A model generated the notes under the pieces. It was given only the letters and a program-made list of their open reading frames with translations, searched no databases and was not told the origin of the DNA. Both the position numbers and the translations under genes were made by a program. This document shows positions 14,559 through 27,391 of a stretch of 64,000 nucleotides of DNA, in pieces (the first letter of the stretch is position 1; each line of letters starts with the position of its first letter). This stretch comes from Chrysomallon squamiferum. Lineage: Eukaryota; Animalia; Mollusca. The DNA lies in NCBI GenBank assembly GCA_012295275.1, contig CM022671.1, forward strand, positions 11,718,001 to 11,782,000, read 5' to 3'.

Positions 14559-15440
14559 AGTTTGCTGAACAAAATGCCTGTGATATGATGTAGTTGTTTT
14601 TTCAATGTTAACAATAAATTACCAATACATAAATAAATGTCATGATTAATATACACAAGCACAGAGTAATAAGGTACATATTTTAAATTATTATTATTTT
14701 TTTAAATTGTACAACTGAGTTCTCATTGATTGTAAACAGTTATGTCTCTCATACACACACATAACAGGTGGTCTAATTATTTGGTTTCTGATAAACTGCT
14801 TTTATGTTCTTTTTTTAAATAAATGTATATTGATTATTCTAAAAATCCAACATTTCAAAAACAGATTAACATTCAAAATGGCATTCTTTTTGTCTTTTGT
14901 GTTTTAGAAGGTGATATTAATAAAGTATATTTACACATTTATAAATGTAATCTCAACACCTTTATTTTGTAATAGTAGTCATTATTGATTTATCATACTA
15001 TTTTATAAATATTTTAGATAAATGCTTATTTTAATAATCAACAGTTATTTATTTAATATTGCTATTTTTTCTTTTCTCTTTTCATTACTGAAGTATATAT
15101 CTGTATTGTCTAGAGCCATAATCTGTAATTATTAGTTATGATTACATATTCCAGTGGTTATGCTGTTACATCAGGTTACATAATAAGTAATCAGGATCTA
15201 AGCTAGCAAATTAAGAACCATGACCCTAGAGGTTTGCAGGCGTGTATTCAAATAGTATTCATGAACAGGCAGAATTAGTTAATTGAAGCAGGTTCACCAC
15301 ATACACTTACGTTAATACTAATGAATGATGTATACCTATTAATATTCTGTAACTGAAATATAAGTGATGCATTTAACAGACAGTAACATAAACAAATTTA
15401 TTTAACTGATATTTGTATTTGAGTTATATAGAACTCTTTA

Positions 15441-15687
15441 TTAACACATTCGGTGCTGGGCGTTTTTTAGATTTTCAAAATTGAAACAAGTTTCTGCTCA
15501 TACTTGCCATGATTTTCTGAATGCCAGGGAAGCCTGTAGTAGATCAATAATTGCCTGCGTCAGCACTGAGTCATGTCACTAATGTGCGGCAATTTTAAAT
15601 GTATGACAGATATCATTGTCATTCAGCACTCTATCATATACATACTGTGTTGCAAAGATCTCCGTCATTCAGCACCAAAAGTGTGAA
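15441..15687. mobile_element. Degenerate TTAA-flanked MITE in YPEL intron 1
   Basis: TTAA-CACATTCGGTGCTG ... CAGCACCAAAAGTG-TGAA (12/14 TIR match; right TSD has one mismatch); more GC-rich than the surrounding intron. Confidence 0.5.
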
Positions 15688-16243
15688 GCAGTTTCATGTT
15701 AGAAATGTTGTTTCTCTGTTTCTAAGGACATTTCAAATTTAAAAGCCTAAAAATATAACCTTTATGATTCTTATTATTGAATTTTTTGTTTTAATTTTAA
15801 TTTTCTTTTTTTTTTCATTACAGTGAATTGAATTGGAGTCATAAATAATCATAAAATATCATCTAGAAAACTTTTCAGCTAAAAATATATTTAAAATATT
15901 TTTATCCTGAAATGCTATTATTCTATTATTTCTCTTTCTTAAAAAGATTTTTTGGCTGACTTAATACTTAACTAAAGGTGCTTATTTCTACTTTCAGAAT
16001 TATGTCAAAATACTCATATGTGATTCCAGGATGGAGATCTGATGATTTATTTGGTGAAAGCAAAGATCAATCTCTATAGACAGACCATCCACAGCCATCA
16101 GTAGTGCTTTTGCTTTTATTTGTTTTTCTACATTAATTTCTGGGTTGACACAAATAAAATTTATATTTAGTAGCAAGCATAGGAGTTCAGCTTTTTCAAA
16201 CGCCTGCCTCGACCTACAAGTTTGATGTCTGATAGCAGTAACG

Positions 16244-16348
16244 ATGGTGAAAACATTTCAGGCGTATTTGCCGCCCAAATGTCACCGCACATATAGCTGT
16301 GTGCACTGCAGGGCACATCTTGCAAACCATGACGAATTGATATCTAAG
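16244..16348 (+). CDS. YPEL1: YPEL coding exon 1
   Basis: ATG GTG AAA ACA...TCT AAG|gtaagt; encodes [10 protein letters not shown]...HDELISK. Confidence 0.95.
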
Positions 16349-18399
16349 GTAAGTTCAGTTTTATATAAATATTATAATAAATTCAATAAGTATTATATAC
16401 TCCTAAATAAAATATAATTTTTATCTTAATCATTTTTAATGTCATCTTTTCTTTAAAAAAAATAAAATAAATCTGTTCTACTTTAAATGTCACAGATAAA
16501 ATACATTGTAAATTTGTTTTATCTGGAATAATTTCAGAATTTTTCATTAAATTTGCTGTGTATTATTTCTGATTTTTTCCTCACTTTTTTTAGATAAAGT
16601 GTATCACATCATTGATATAGAAAACAGCTGTTTTCTCATTTGTATATTCCTATGTTTTTATTTACAAATATAACTGAAACTAACTGTTGCACGAGCAACA
16701 TTTATGATTTCAAAAAAACACAGATTTATATTTGAAATTATAGCTTAAATATTAATTTTTGCTTTTCTTTATTTTTTATTTTTGTTTTGTTTCTGTTTCT
16801 GTGAGATTTTTGTTTTCTTTAAATTATTCTGTTTATTTTCATTTCATTTATGGGTTTTTTCTGTTATTTCTTTCAGTCGTTCCAAGGCAGTCAAGGACGA
16901 GCCTATTTGTTCAATTCTGTGTGAGTATAATATGTCACTTTACGATACAGTTTTTGACAAAATTTGTGATTACAATTGGTTAGTAACATTTTGATGACAA
17001 AGACAGTTTTGGTTGTATTTCTGAGCAAATAAACTAATTATTAAAGCAGACAGATCATTTCAAATGAGCATCCATATTTAGATCAGATGTAGGTCAGCCT
17101 AAGTTTGTTTACACACGTTTATCACAACAGTTCTGAGAGTATATAAATAGATATTTGATGCTCATGTATCTTTATGGTTTACAGCTTTAAAAACCCATGA
17201 AAAACAGGTATTTTAAAAGAATCTTTAGTTTTTAATCAGATTATTGTGCTAAAATAAGTTAATTTAAAAAAAAACACTTGAGGATCTGTTCATTATGTCT
17301 GTTTTTATTTATCCTAACTTGTTTCACTTTTTTTTTTTACACACAATTAACCTCTGATAACTAATTATTTCTTTTATCTTGCATTAAAAAAAAAAATTAA
17401 ATGAAATTAACCATTTTATTTCTCAGTTCACTGCTCTTAAGAGTAGCACATTCATGTATATAGAAATTCCCTAAACTTCATAACAAAATGGTTTTTAAGA
17501 TTTAAAAAAGTAACTTCAAACAGTAATTTATCAAAGTAAATATAATTCCATCCCCAAAAATTGTACTATAGTCTAGGTCAGTGTCCAGAAATATAGAAAT
17601 TTATCTAGTTCTCATATCTTGCCACTATGAACAGTGACTGCAGGATATATATATATAATTTTTATTTTCATTTTCATTTTCATAGTGTGAATGTTGGATG
17701 TGGTCCTGCAGAGGAGAGGGTTTTGCTAACTGGACTACATGCTGTAGCTGACATTTTTTGTGAGTGTTGTAAAACAACACTTGGATGGAAATATGTAAGT
17801 TATGTTTTATTTTCCACCATTGTTTGAAATTTTGAATCTTCGTTGCTTTAAACAGTAAGGCATTAATTTGTAAGATCATTTGATGATCAGTACTTGTTAT
17901 ATTTATCTTGCTAGTTGTACAGATACACATTCTTAGTTATTTGATTTGATTAAATCTACTCATTTGTTTTTCCATTACTTAATTAAAATATCCCTATGAC
18001 ATTTTTATAAGAAAATTTTAATTTTATTAATTTTAAAAATCATGATATACATGGTATGATATCAGAAACAATTTTGAAAATTTTGTATATATATATAAAA
18101 CGTTAACAACCCTGCCCACAAACAAGCATCCTAAATTTTATTTTAAATAGTTCTAAATCATACCAATGAGATCTGTATCACAAAAAGCGATAGATGCATA
18201 AGTAATTAGTGTAATTCAATATATAGTATTTGTGTAATTTACTTATATCTCATCTTTTACTATACTAATTTAATCAACTCTATATTTAATTTATGTTTTT
18301 GTTTTTCAGGAACATGCATTCGAATCTAGTCAGAAATATAAGGAGGGAAAATATATCATAGAACTCGCACATATGATTAAAGACAATGGATGGGAATGA
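16244..18399 (+). CDS. YPEL1: Protein yippee-like (YPEL1/2/3 type), complete 4-exon CDS: join(16244..16348,16877..16920,17686..17794,18310..18399), 115 aa
   Basis: Manual splice gives [115 protein letters not shown]. This is nearly identical to vertebrate YPEL1-3 as I recall them, with two CxxC zinc motifs. All introns are GT-AG and in phase. The paralogue number cannot be resolved. Confidence 0.97.
16877..16920 (+). CDS. YPEL1: YPEL coding exon 2
   Basis: tttcag|TCG TTC CAA...TCT GT|gtgagt; encodes [14 protein letters not shown](V). Confidence 0.95.
17686..17794 (+). CDS. YPEL1: YPEL coding exon 3
   Basis: ttcatag|T GTG AAT...AAA TAT|gtaagt; encodes [36 protein letters not shown]. Confidence 0.96.
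18310..18399 (+). CDS. YPEL1: YPEL coding exon 4 (terminal)
   Basis: ttttcag|GAA CAT GCA...TGG GAA TGA; encodes [29 protein letters not shown]. Confidence 0.96.
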   Translation, partial: EHAFESSQKYKEGKYIIELAHMIKDNGWE

Positions 18400-20612
18400 A
18401 ATCTGTTGAGGTTTATGCCTGTAGTTTCCTATTCCTAAGAATCTATGACGTTTGTACAAATAATAACAATATTTTTAGTGTCAAGATTTCTGAAACAAGA
18501 CATGTCTAATTTCTAAATTAAATACAGTATTCTCTGTTGACAGACTTTAGGACATGATCTGGTAATGTCTTGTTTAGCATCATTATAAAAGGTGTATTAT
18601 TTACTTACTTAATATAGGTACAGTTTTTATTTGATAATTATCTTGTTTTGTCACATCAAGATCTTTCAAACATAATCTATTTCTTTTAGAATACACAAAA
18701 AACAAAACAAAAAACCCCACCAAAACATTGAATAGGAGGCTACATGTTCTGTCAACAAGATGAATGGATTTCATTGTTTATGATGAGTGAAATGTTGTTG
18801 ACTGATAATCAGAAATTATTTTATTACTGTCTCTATTTTGCCTTTCTGAAAATGAATCAAGACAAATGAAGCTCATGATGATGCTTTACAATTTTAAGTG
18901 AGATTGTGATATACTAAAAATTTGGAGTTGTATTGTGAAATAATAACAGAAAGACTAATTATTTGGAGTTCTACATGTATGAAAAGGAGTTAAAAACATG
19001 CATGGATAACAAACTAGAGTAAAAACAAATAATTTATGCATGATTCTAAAAATATTTCTGATTTGTGATTCATTAACTAATAATAATAACATTACTACAA
19101 TTAGACATTTATAAATATAATGGTGAAGCTAATGGAATAGTGTTTCAACAAGAAATGATGAGGCAGCCATATTTGATCTGAATACATTAACTCACAATGA
19201 TAGTTTATTACTATCTTCTGATGACATGTATCCTTTTGGGGATTCTGCAGAAGACTGCCCTAAAATCCATTGTCTTTTGTTATGGTTGATTCAGGTAAAG
19301 AGTAAAAGATTTTTATGAAATTATTTTCTTTGAATAGACGTGGACATTAAGCCATTTCAGTGATACCTCTGTAATCTACAGCAATGGATTGAGTTTCATG
19401 ATTTTGACTACGTCATAGAAAGTATGCCAATTTCAAAAACAAATCATTTTTATATATCATTTTGAGATGAAAGGGTCACTATTCACAAAATTATGATATC
19501 ACCTATGCCCATAAAGCAGTGTACAAACATTAATTAGGGTGCAATACAGTTGTCTTTCAGACGTGAAATCCTGATGTCAGAATTTAAAAAATGGGTGAAG
19601 GTAAGCATATTCCAGCATCCGGTGTGGAATAAATACAATTCCAGGAACAATAACCCTCTCATTTCATTACACAAAAAGAAAATTCAAGGTTTTGGATATC
19701 TCTATAATGAAGTGGTTTTTCTTCAAAGAACCACATATTCATTTTCTGAGAGACTTGATCCAAAGATTTTGTTTTTATGTCTTTCAAACATCTTTAACAA
19801 CAGCCAGGAGATACATTGCAAAAAAAAAAAAAAAAAAAAAAAAAAAACAGCCAAAAAATGAGAGGAAACAAATATTGCCATGCATACCCATAATAAATCA
19901 CATGGGTCTGTCTTGGGGAAAGTGTCACCCCTACATAACTTTACTGCCAAAGACATAAATGTACACTTTTGAGTTTTGAAGAATGTTCTACATTATCAAA
20001 ACAGAGGAATGCCATAATGGTAATACTGGAAGAATTCAAGGAGCAGGCATAAAAATCGGTTTAAAAAAATAATAGATAATTTATTTTTATTTATTTTTTC
20101 TTTAAATTGAAATTAAGAATTCTGTCTGAAAATAATAAAATGTCGTTGGATATTGAGTTTAATTTTAAATTTTGGAAATAATGATAAACTCTGATAAAAA
20201 AAAACAACAGTAACAAACTTGTTTTTAAAACAGGATATTCTATCAAATCTTGAGATACTTTAATGAGGTGAGTCCACTCTGTCACTGACTGCAGTATAAC
20301 ATGATGAACTCTGTTGTTCAAATCTGGAAGGTAAACTGGCAGAGTTATTTTTTATAAACCTGTGATGTGCAGACATTTCAATATTACATCATTGCATCCG
20401 GTTGACAGATGCTTGGTCAGGTTCTGTTTTTCAGCTGTGATTTTCATCCCATCTTAACATCAGCAATATAGTGATGGTTTCACTCATTTATGTTTATAAA
20501 AGCTTGGAAGATTTAAGATTTAACTTTAAATACATTTAAAAAGCAAGTATGTTAGTCATGGTTCTTTCATCTCTTAAATGATAGAACATACTGAATAATG
20601 ATAATGTAATCA

Positions 20613-20835
20613 TTAACCCTTTGACCTATTAAAAAAATTGAATAGCCAGCTGACAGATCTAAAAATTAAACAGGTTTTGTATTTGTAAATTTCAAAAATA
20701 TACCAAAGTGCCTTTAAATAATAGAAATTAATTCCTGAAATTTTTATTAAACACTATGGACAGTTTTTATTTCTATTCAGCTAATATCATAACTGGGAAT
20801 TTTACAAGTAAATATTCAAAAGGTCAAAAGGTTAA
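20613..20835. mobile_element. TTAA-flanked MITE (piggyBac-like) in the putative YPEL 3' UTR
   Basis: TTAA-CCCTTTGACCT ... AGGTCAAAAGG-TTAA (10/11 TIR match); TTAA TSD with CCC/GGG-type ends is the piggyBac signature. Confidence 0.6.
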
Positions 20836-23800
20836 TGAAACTAATCCACTATAATTGTACTTTATATTCTGTGATTGTTTGATTTTTAACATATCAGTTT
20901 AGATATAATTTTATATTAAATATTTTTGATCATCTCTATTTCTCTTAAATTCAATTTAAACAGTCCTATAAATAATTAGGTTTTAGTAAGCATTTCTCTT
21001 ACTTGCAGTATTAAATCTTAAGCATAAAATATGTGAGTTTTAAAAATAAAAAATAAATAATAACAGTGAAAAGTGTTTGGTTCAAAGAGTGACATTAATT
21101 ACTGTATTAAACCAAAAAGGAAGAATTACATAATTTAAAAATAATTTAAACAATTTGATCTTTTGTTACAAAAATTAACTTGATTCCTGTTTCATTTTTA
21201 TTTTTATTTTTTTCCAAAGAATTTTTAAGAATTTTTTTTAATAAATTGGCTATTATGAAAGCAGTTTTTTAAAATTTTCAGTGATTTCAATAGACTTTAT
21301 AAAATTCATTCTTTTCCTTTTTCACAATCACCATTCTTTTTTTGTTTTATTTTTCACTTTTTCCTGTGGAAACTTTTTTTTTAAATATTACTAATATGTG
21401 CAAATGTAATCTAAAATTAAATGAAGCTAAATATATAATCCAAGAATATGAATTAATTTTTATATTTTGGTAAAGTTGACAAAAATTATCTGTTTATTTT
21501 GACTAAATTAATGTTGCTCTAAAACTTGATTTACATTTGTATTTCAGTACACCTGATGATGTATATATTATTCTTAAATCAAGTTAAAATTATTTTTGCA
21601 ATTAAGTCATCAGCAAAAGAATTCAATGTTAATTTGTTTTTATATGTGTGTATATATATAGATATATAGCTTTCACTTGCATTGATCATTAACATTATCA
21701 TTTGTTCATGATGTTAACTTGATGGTATAATTTTCTTTATCAGTAGCTGATGTTTGGATGTTGTATTGATTATATTTAATTTTGTATTTTATTAAGAAAT
21801 CATTCCTTATTTTGTTTAGTTTTATGAAACACCTTTCTAAAAGTGATTTTATTTGTTACTTGGGAATTAATTTTCCATGCTTCTGTTAACTGACTGAAGT
21901 TGCACAGATAAGAGGGTTATGGTCAAGATTACATAATTATCATTTCTTTTTTTTTGTGATTGTACAAATAACTAATATTTTCAACAAGTATGCCTTTTAA
22001 TTTATGTAAATATGTTAGCTGCAAGCAATTTTTGGTTGAAAAGTGATGTTTTTTATTTCATCAAGTTAGCAACTATAATTATTTTTTTATTTGTTATTGC
22101 ACAACTTAAATATTCTAATTTATGTGCTGAAATCATTTGAACAGTATTGCTGCAGTTAAAAAGTTCATTTTGTAGAAGTTAAATACACTTTTTTGGCTTA
22201 TTACCTCAATTTTTTTTTGGAGGGGTACTGGAAACTATTCCAATATTAGGGCCAGCAATAGGAACAATGGTTTCAGTTTTTTGTATTAATATATAAAACC
22301 TTAAGACAGAATTTAAATTAGTTTTATTTTGTAAATGCTAAAGTGTGTATGTTTTTAAACAGTAGACTGTGAGTGCTTATCTGATTTGATGTTTGTTTTG
22401 TATATTAGAGGCTGTGTTAACTGAATCGAGTAGTGCTGTGTTATTTCAGTTTATTTATTGTTTTGTAAGATGTTATATGGCTCCAGTGTGCACTAAAGCA
22501 GCATTTTAATTTTAAAACAAGGAATAAACAAATATTTGGCAGTTACATATTAAATTTCATTTAGAATGGATTTAATCAAATTGAAATTTAAAAAAAAACT
22601 ATAAAAAAAATATTTTCATTTTATTTAGTCCAAGTTAATTATTTTGCCTGGTATTGATAAACTCGGCTAAAGTTTTGTTGTATTATGCCTAATTGTATCA
22701 ATTTAAACAATGTTTTTGTTTATATATATATATTATAGATTAAAAATGTATTTATGCCTTTAAAGATGAATTCAGGTTTCACATTCCAATAGATATTCAG
22801 TTACGCAAGGGTTGTTAATATATTTGGGCCAAATTTTATTCAAAATAACCCACATCGCTGCTAAAATAACATATCAGTCTATGCTCTGTAGAAAAAAATA
22901 TATACATGATTCATTATCTGAGTTACTTTGGATTTAGTTCAACAGGCTTGTACATTTTTTTATTAATTTCAATTTAATATTAAGACAGGTTTCAAATTTT
23001 ATTTAAATATTACCATTTCTGTTTTAATTCTCTCTTTCTCAGTTATGCAAAAATTAAAGTAAAACATATCTACTATTATTTAAGAAAATATTCTGCATTC
23101 AGTAGTATTTATCTAATAAAAGTGGATATGTTCCATCCCCCAAAACAATTATTAGAAAGACCAAACTGTAGTGGACCATTTCATATAGAAAATAGAACTG
23201 TCTTTTGAAAAAATACAATTATGTCTTCTTTTTTTATCATTTTGTTGAAATTTTGTATCTTTTATTTATTTAAATATTTATTTATTTATTTATTACATTT
23301 TAGTATCTGAGTTACTTGTTTTATGAATGGTTCAAATAAAAACTAAAGCTTTAAGAATTTATCATTTTTTATATATATATTCTTCTTTTTTTCTTTCTTT
23401 TTTTGGCAGGTTATTAATTTTTCTCTGTTTGATAACACATTTTAAATAAATATTGTTTAGGGGGACTGCTTTCTTTAACACTTGTGTTAATCTAAACATC
23501 AGGTTTGTTTTGGGTTTTTTTTAAATTTTATTTTTGTTGTTTTCTTTATATGTGGTTATATTTTGTTAACATTCATTATGTAGTAGCTAGTTTGATGGAC
23601 ATATACAGCTTATAGTGGGTGATGTGTTTACATTTGGTTTTGGGCTTTTTCTGCATGTGAAATAATTTGTTGTAGGACTGGCTCCATATATGGAGTGTAC
23701 TAAACTAATATGATTTAATTCTCATTTAGATTCAGAATTCAAGAAATTATAACGATCAGAATTTTAAAAATAAAACCACTCATATCATGAAATTCAGTAA

Positions 23801-24376
23801 CAGAATTTTATAACTTTAATTGAACACAATTGTAAAATTGAATATTTCTTTATTACAAATGGTTATGATAATTATATAAATCATTATGGTAATTTTTTAC
23901 ACAGAGTTTAATTTTATTACATAAAATGATGGCATAATACGAAATAACTTGAAATATGGTCCATGTAAATCATGGTTATGATGCCTTATTCTGGGTTCTG
24001 TGACATTCTGAAAAAACTGGTTATATGAGTCCATCAGTGAATTAATGATAGTGATTAACTGTGACATTCTCATTTGAATCTAATAAGTGTTTTCTATTAT
24101 TATTATTATTTATTTATTTATTTGTTGTTTTTGTGGGGTTTTTTAGCTTGGAATATCTTGCAGACAGTTTGCAATCTAATTAGTCCCATGAGTGTTTGTG
24201 TGTATGTACGTGCATGTGTGTTTGTGTTGTGTGGTACATGTATAAATATTTGTGTAAATTAATAATAATGTTCTCCAGTGTCATGTATTCACTATTCGTC
24301 CAGTTTTTAATTTTTGTCATCCAACATTTTCATGTAATCATTAATTTATACCTGACATATGCTTTGACTGCAGTAC

Positions 24377-24382
24377 AATAAA
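24377..24382 (+). terminator. Candidate distal polyadenylation signal of YPEL (implies a ~6 kb 3' UTR)
   Basis: AATAAA followed ~20 nt later by GT/T-rich gttcgtgtttgttcttttc; roughly coincides with the end of the CpG-depleted tract. Confidence 0.45.
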
Positions 24383-25558
24383 CTGAATGTCATTGTTTTA
24401 GTTCGTGTTTGTTCTTTTCATCATTTTAACCAACCCTATAAGATTATTATAATTAAGACATGCATTCATTTCCTCCTAGAAACTTAAAATAAACAAACAA
24501 TAATTAAGAAAACATGACAATGATAGTTTAATATTTATGATTCATTGATGAAATGTATGGTTTTATTCAATGAACTCCTCTGATTTGATCATTGATATTA
24601 TTCATTCTTTTTTTTCTTTTTTTTCTTAATAGAATCATTTATTAATTATTTATCCTATAGGTAGTTTGTTGTCTAGATATTAATAGTTACTATATATTAG
24701 ACTGGCTACGATCCAGCAGCCTTCAAAATATAATAATTCTCTTTTATAAATAAATACATATATGCCATTATCTATTGGAGTGTCACCAATATCTGGTATA
24801 TTTAAATCGATAACAAATTAACGCTCTGTATAGAAGATTTAAATCAGAGATGTAGTACCATGCCTATTTGGCTGATTAAACCTTTAAATTTCAGTTTTCC
24901 ATTTTTCGAAAAGAACGCGTAGAAAATCATAGAACTCTTTCAAATAGTAAAATAAAACAATGACCTAAACCTCATGGTCTGTACATTCTAACCTGAGAGA
25001 TACTATATTCTGAAAACATGTGCACGCACACACACACACAACACACACATTAGCAGCACAAAGAATATTACTAATAAATAATTTTTTTCATCTTGACTAA
25101 AATTGTGTGGTTAGACATTCATTCATTCATATTAATATTCATGCTGGTATTCTGAAATTCCGTCTTCACATCTAACAGAATTTATTAAGAAATCCACTCT
25201 CAGATATGCCAGATACTATAGTTTTAATATATATTTTGATTATGGTTATAAATTGAAATGCACCCACTAAAAAAGAGCAATACATTTTTTGAAATGATCC
25301 CTTTGACCTTTATTCATATAAAAATATTTTGCACCATGTGGTTAAATTATCAGTTTTTATTTAATTTTGTGAAAATATTTGTCTGTTTTATTAACTATCT
25401 GGACTGCTGACAAAACAGTATACAACAAATATATCCAATCCAACAGCTTGACCCTTCTGTCCAAAGTAATTCGCACAATGAGGTTTTATATCAATTTTAA
25501 ATTCTTTGTGTTTGCAATTCTAAATGTACGCCTTTTTTCCTTTTGTAATTAGATATGA

Positions 25559-25589
<31 letters not shown>

Positions 25590-27360
25590 AACAAATACTA
25601 CTTACAACCTTGTATCAAAAGGTGCTTTTCAAAGGAGACAATATGAACACTTTAGTTTTCAATGTTCTTTTATTTGTTTTCTTTATTTCTTTATTTTCTT
25701 TTTCTTTATTTTTTTTTTTTTTTTTTTTTTTTCTTTATATGTAATATCAGTAATCAGTAATTATTGTAAATGCAAACTGGCTTTGATTTTATTTAATAGT
25801 CTCTGAATTGTTAAAAATTGATTTCCATGGCTAATATATTCAAAATTCATATTCCTCACATCAGCATGCTTAGACCGAGGTTATTTTATTTTATCTCTTT
25901 AAAGAGTTTTAATATCTAGGATAAAGGTGTTCGGCCTTACTCGTTTTTGAAACAAAATGTTTAAAAAAGGAAATTTAAATGTCTATCCTGCCATGTTGGT
26001 ATGACGTGTCTATAATTTAAAGCTTCAATATATAGCATTAATTTCTTAATATTGATTTACATACATCCAGATCTTGGCGATTCTCCATTAAGTATAAATA
26101 TACATGTATTTATTATATACCTTTTATATGCATTATGTCTGGTCTTGTTTCTTACTCTGTGGTACAGAACTTTTCTGCATATACATATATATGAATGTGT
26201 GTATATGTATGTATGTGTACATATATGTGTGTGTGTTTGTGTGTGTGCTCATAAAATGTTACACCCATGATTTGCTTAATTATTAATTATTAGTTATTTA
26301 AAGTTATTTATTTTTTTTTTTTTTTTTTTTTTTTTTTTATTATTATGTCAAATAACTTATTTGACCAATAATCCTTTCTCCTTGCCATTTAAATGTATGC
26401 GTAGCAGATGTGTTTAATACATGACTTCTTTATCTTCCACATCTATCAGACAACAATACAAAATCAATATTGATTGATCAGTCTATATTCTAGAAATAAA
26501 AACCTTGCTCACTCGTATCTGGAAAAAGCTGGTGTCTGAATATACAGTTAGTAAATGAACTGCATGTGACAGGACTAAGGGAAAGAAGGAAGTGTGATAT
26601 TAACATTATGCAGTTTGCCTAACTGTTGGTCTCAATAAATAGATGATCGATAAGCTTGAGATTAATGTAATCCGGGAAGGATTATATACAATCCTTCTAT
26701 CAGCTTAACAACGATTACTAACTTATTAAATGTTAATTTTGTTTATCCCTGCCATCCCATTAATGCCCTTGTACTCTCTCTTACTGGGAAAGCCCCGACT
26801 GAGAAAAATACAGCTTTTCGGCACAGAACTGTATTTACTTGAATAAATTTTTGCTATTTACATACATTGTTCAAAGTCACTTCTTTAGTGTTTAACTGCT
26901 GGTTTAGATCTTAGAAGGCCATTTTGAAAAAAAATTATCAAAAATAACAAATAAATTATTATTACTAAAAGTTATAGGTTTTGATGAATAATTTATAATC
27001 TTTTAGTTGACAAAGAATATAAAATTCAAGTAATGAATGTAAATTGTTATATATGTGACAATATATAAGAGTTAGAAAACACATTATGTTCTAACTAGAG
27101 TCATGACAATACAAAAGAAAAGCCATTAACGGACTATACTGATTCCAAGCAGCTATTTGTTTTCTCAGTGTTTTCTAATACTGTCTTTCCGTTTACTTAA
27201 CTATATGCTAATCTAAATTGCCTCCATATTTTAATAATTATATAAAAATAATATCTTTGGAGCGGTGAAACTACGATTTTTGAAAACACTATATCGAAAC
27301 TTTAAAGATAAAATCTGTCAAGTATCAGAATTAATTTTAGTAAACAACAAAAATAAAAAA

Positions 27361-27391
<31 letters not shown>

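Noticed and set aside
18397-18438. YPEL TGA readthrough or selenocysteine recoding
   Set aside because: The stop falls at the family's normal C-terminus, lacks the TGA-C readthrough context, and no SECIS is evident.
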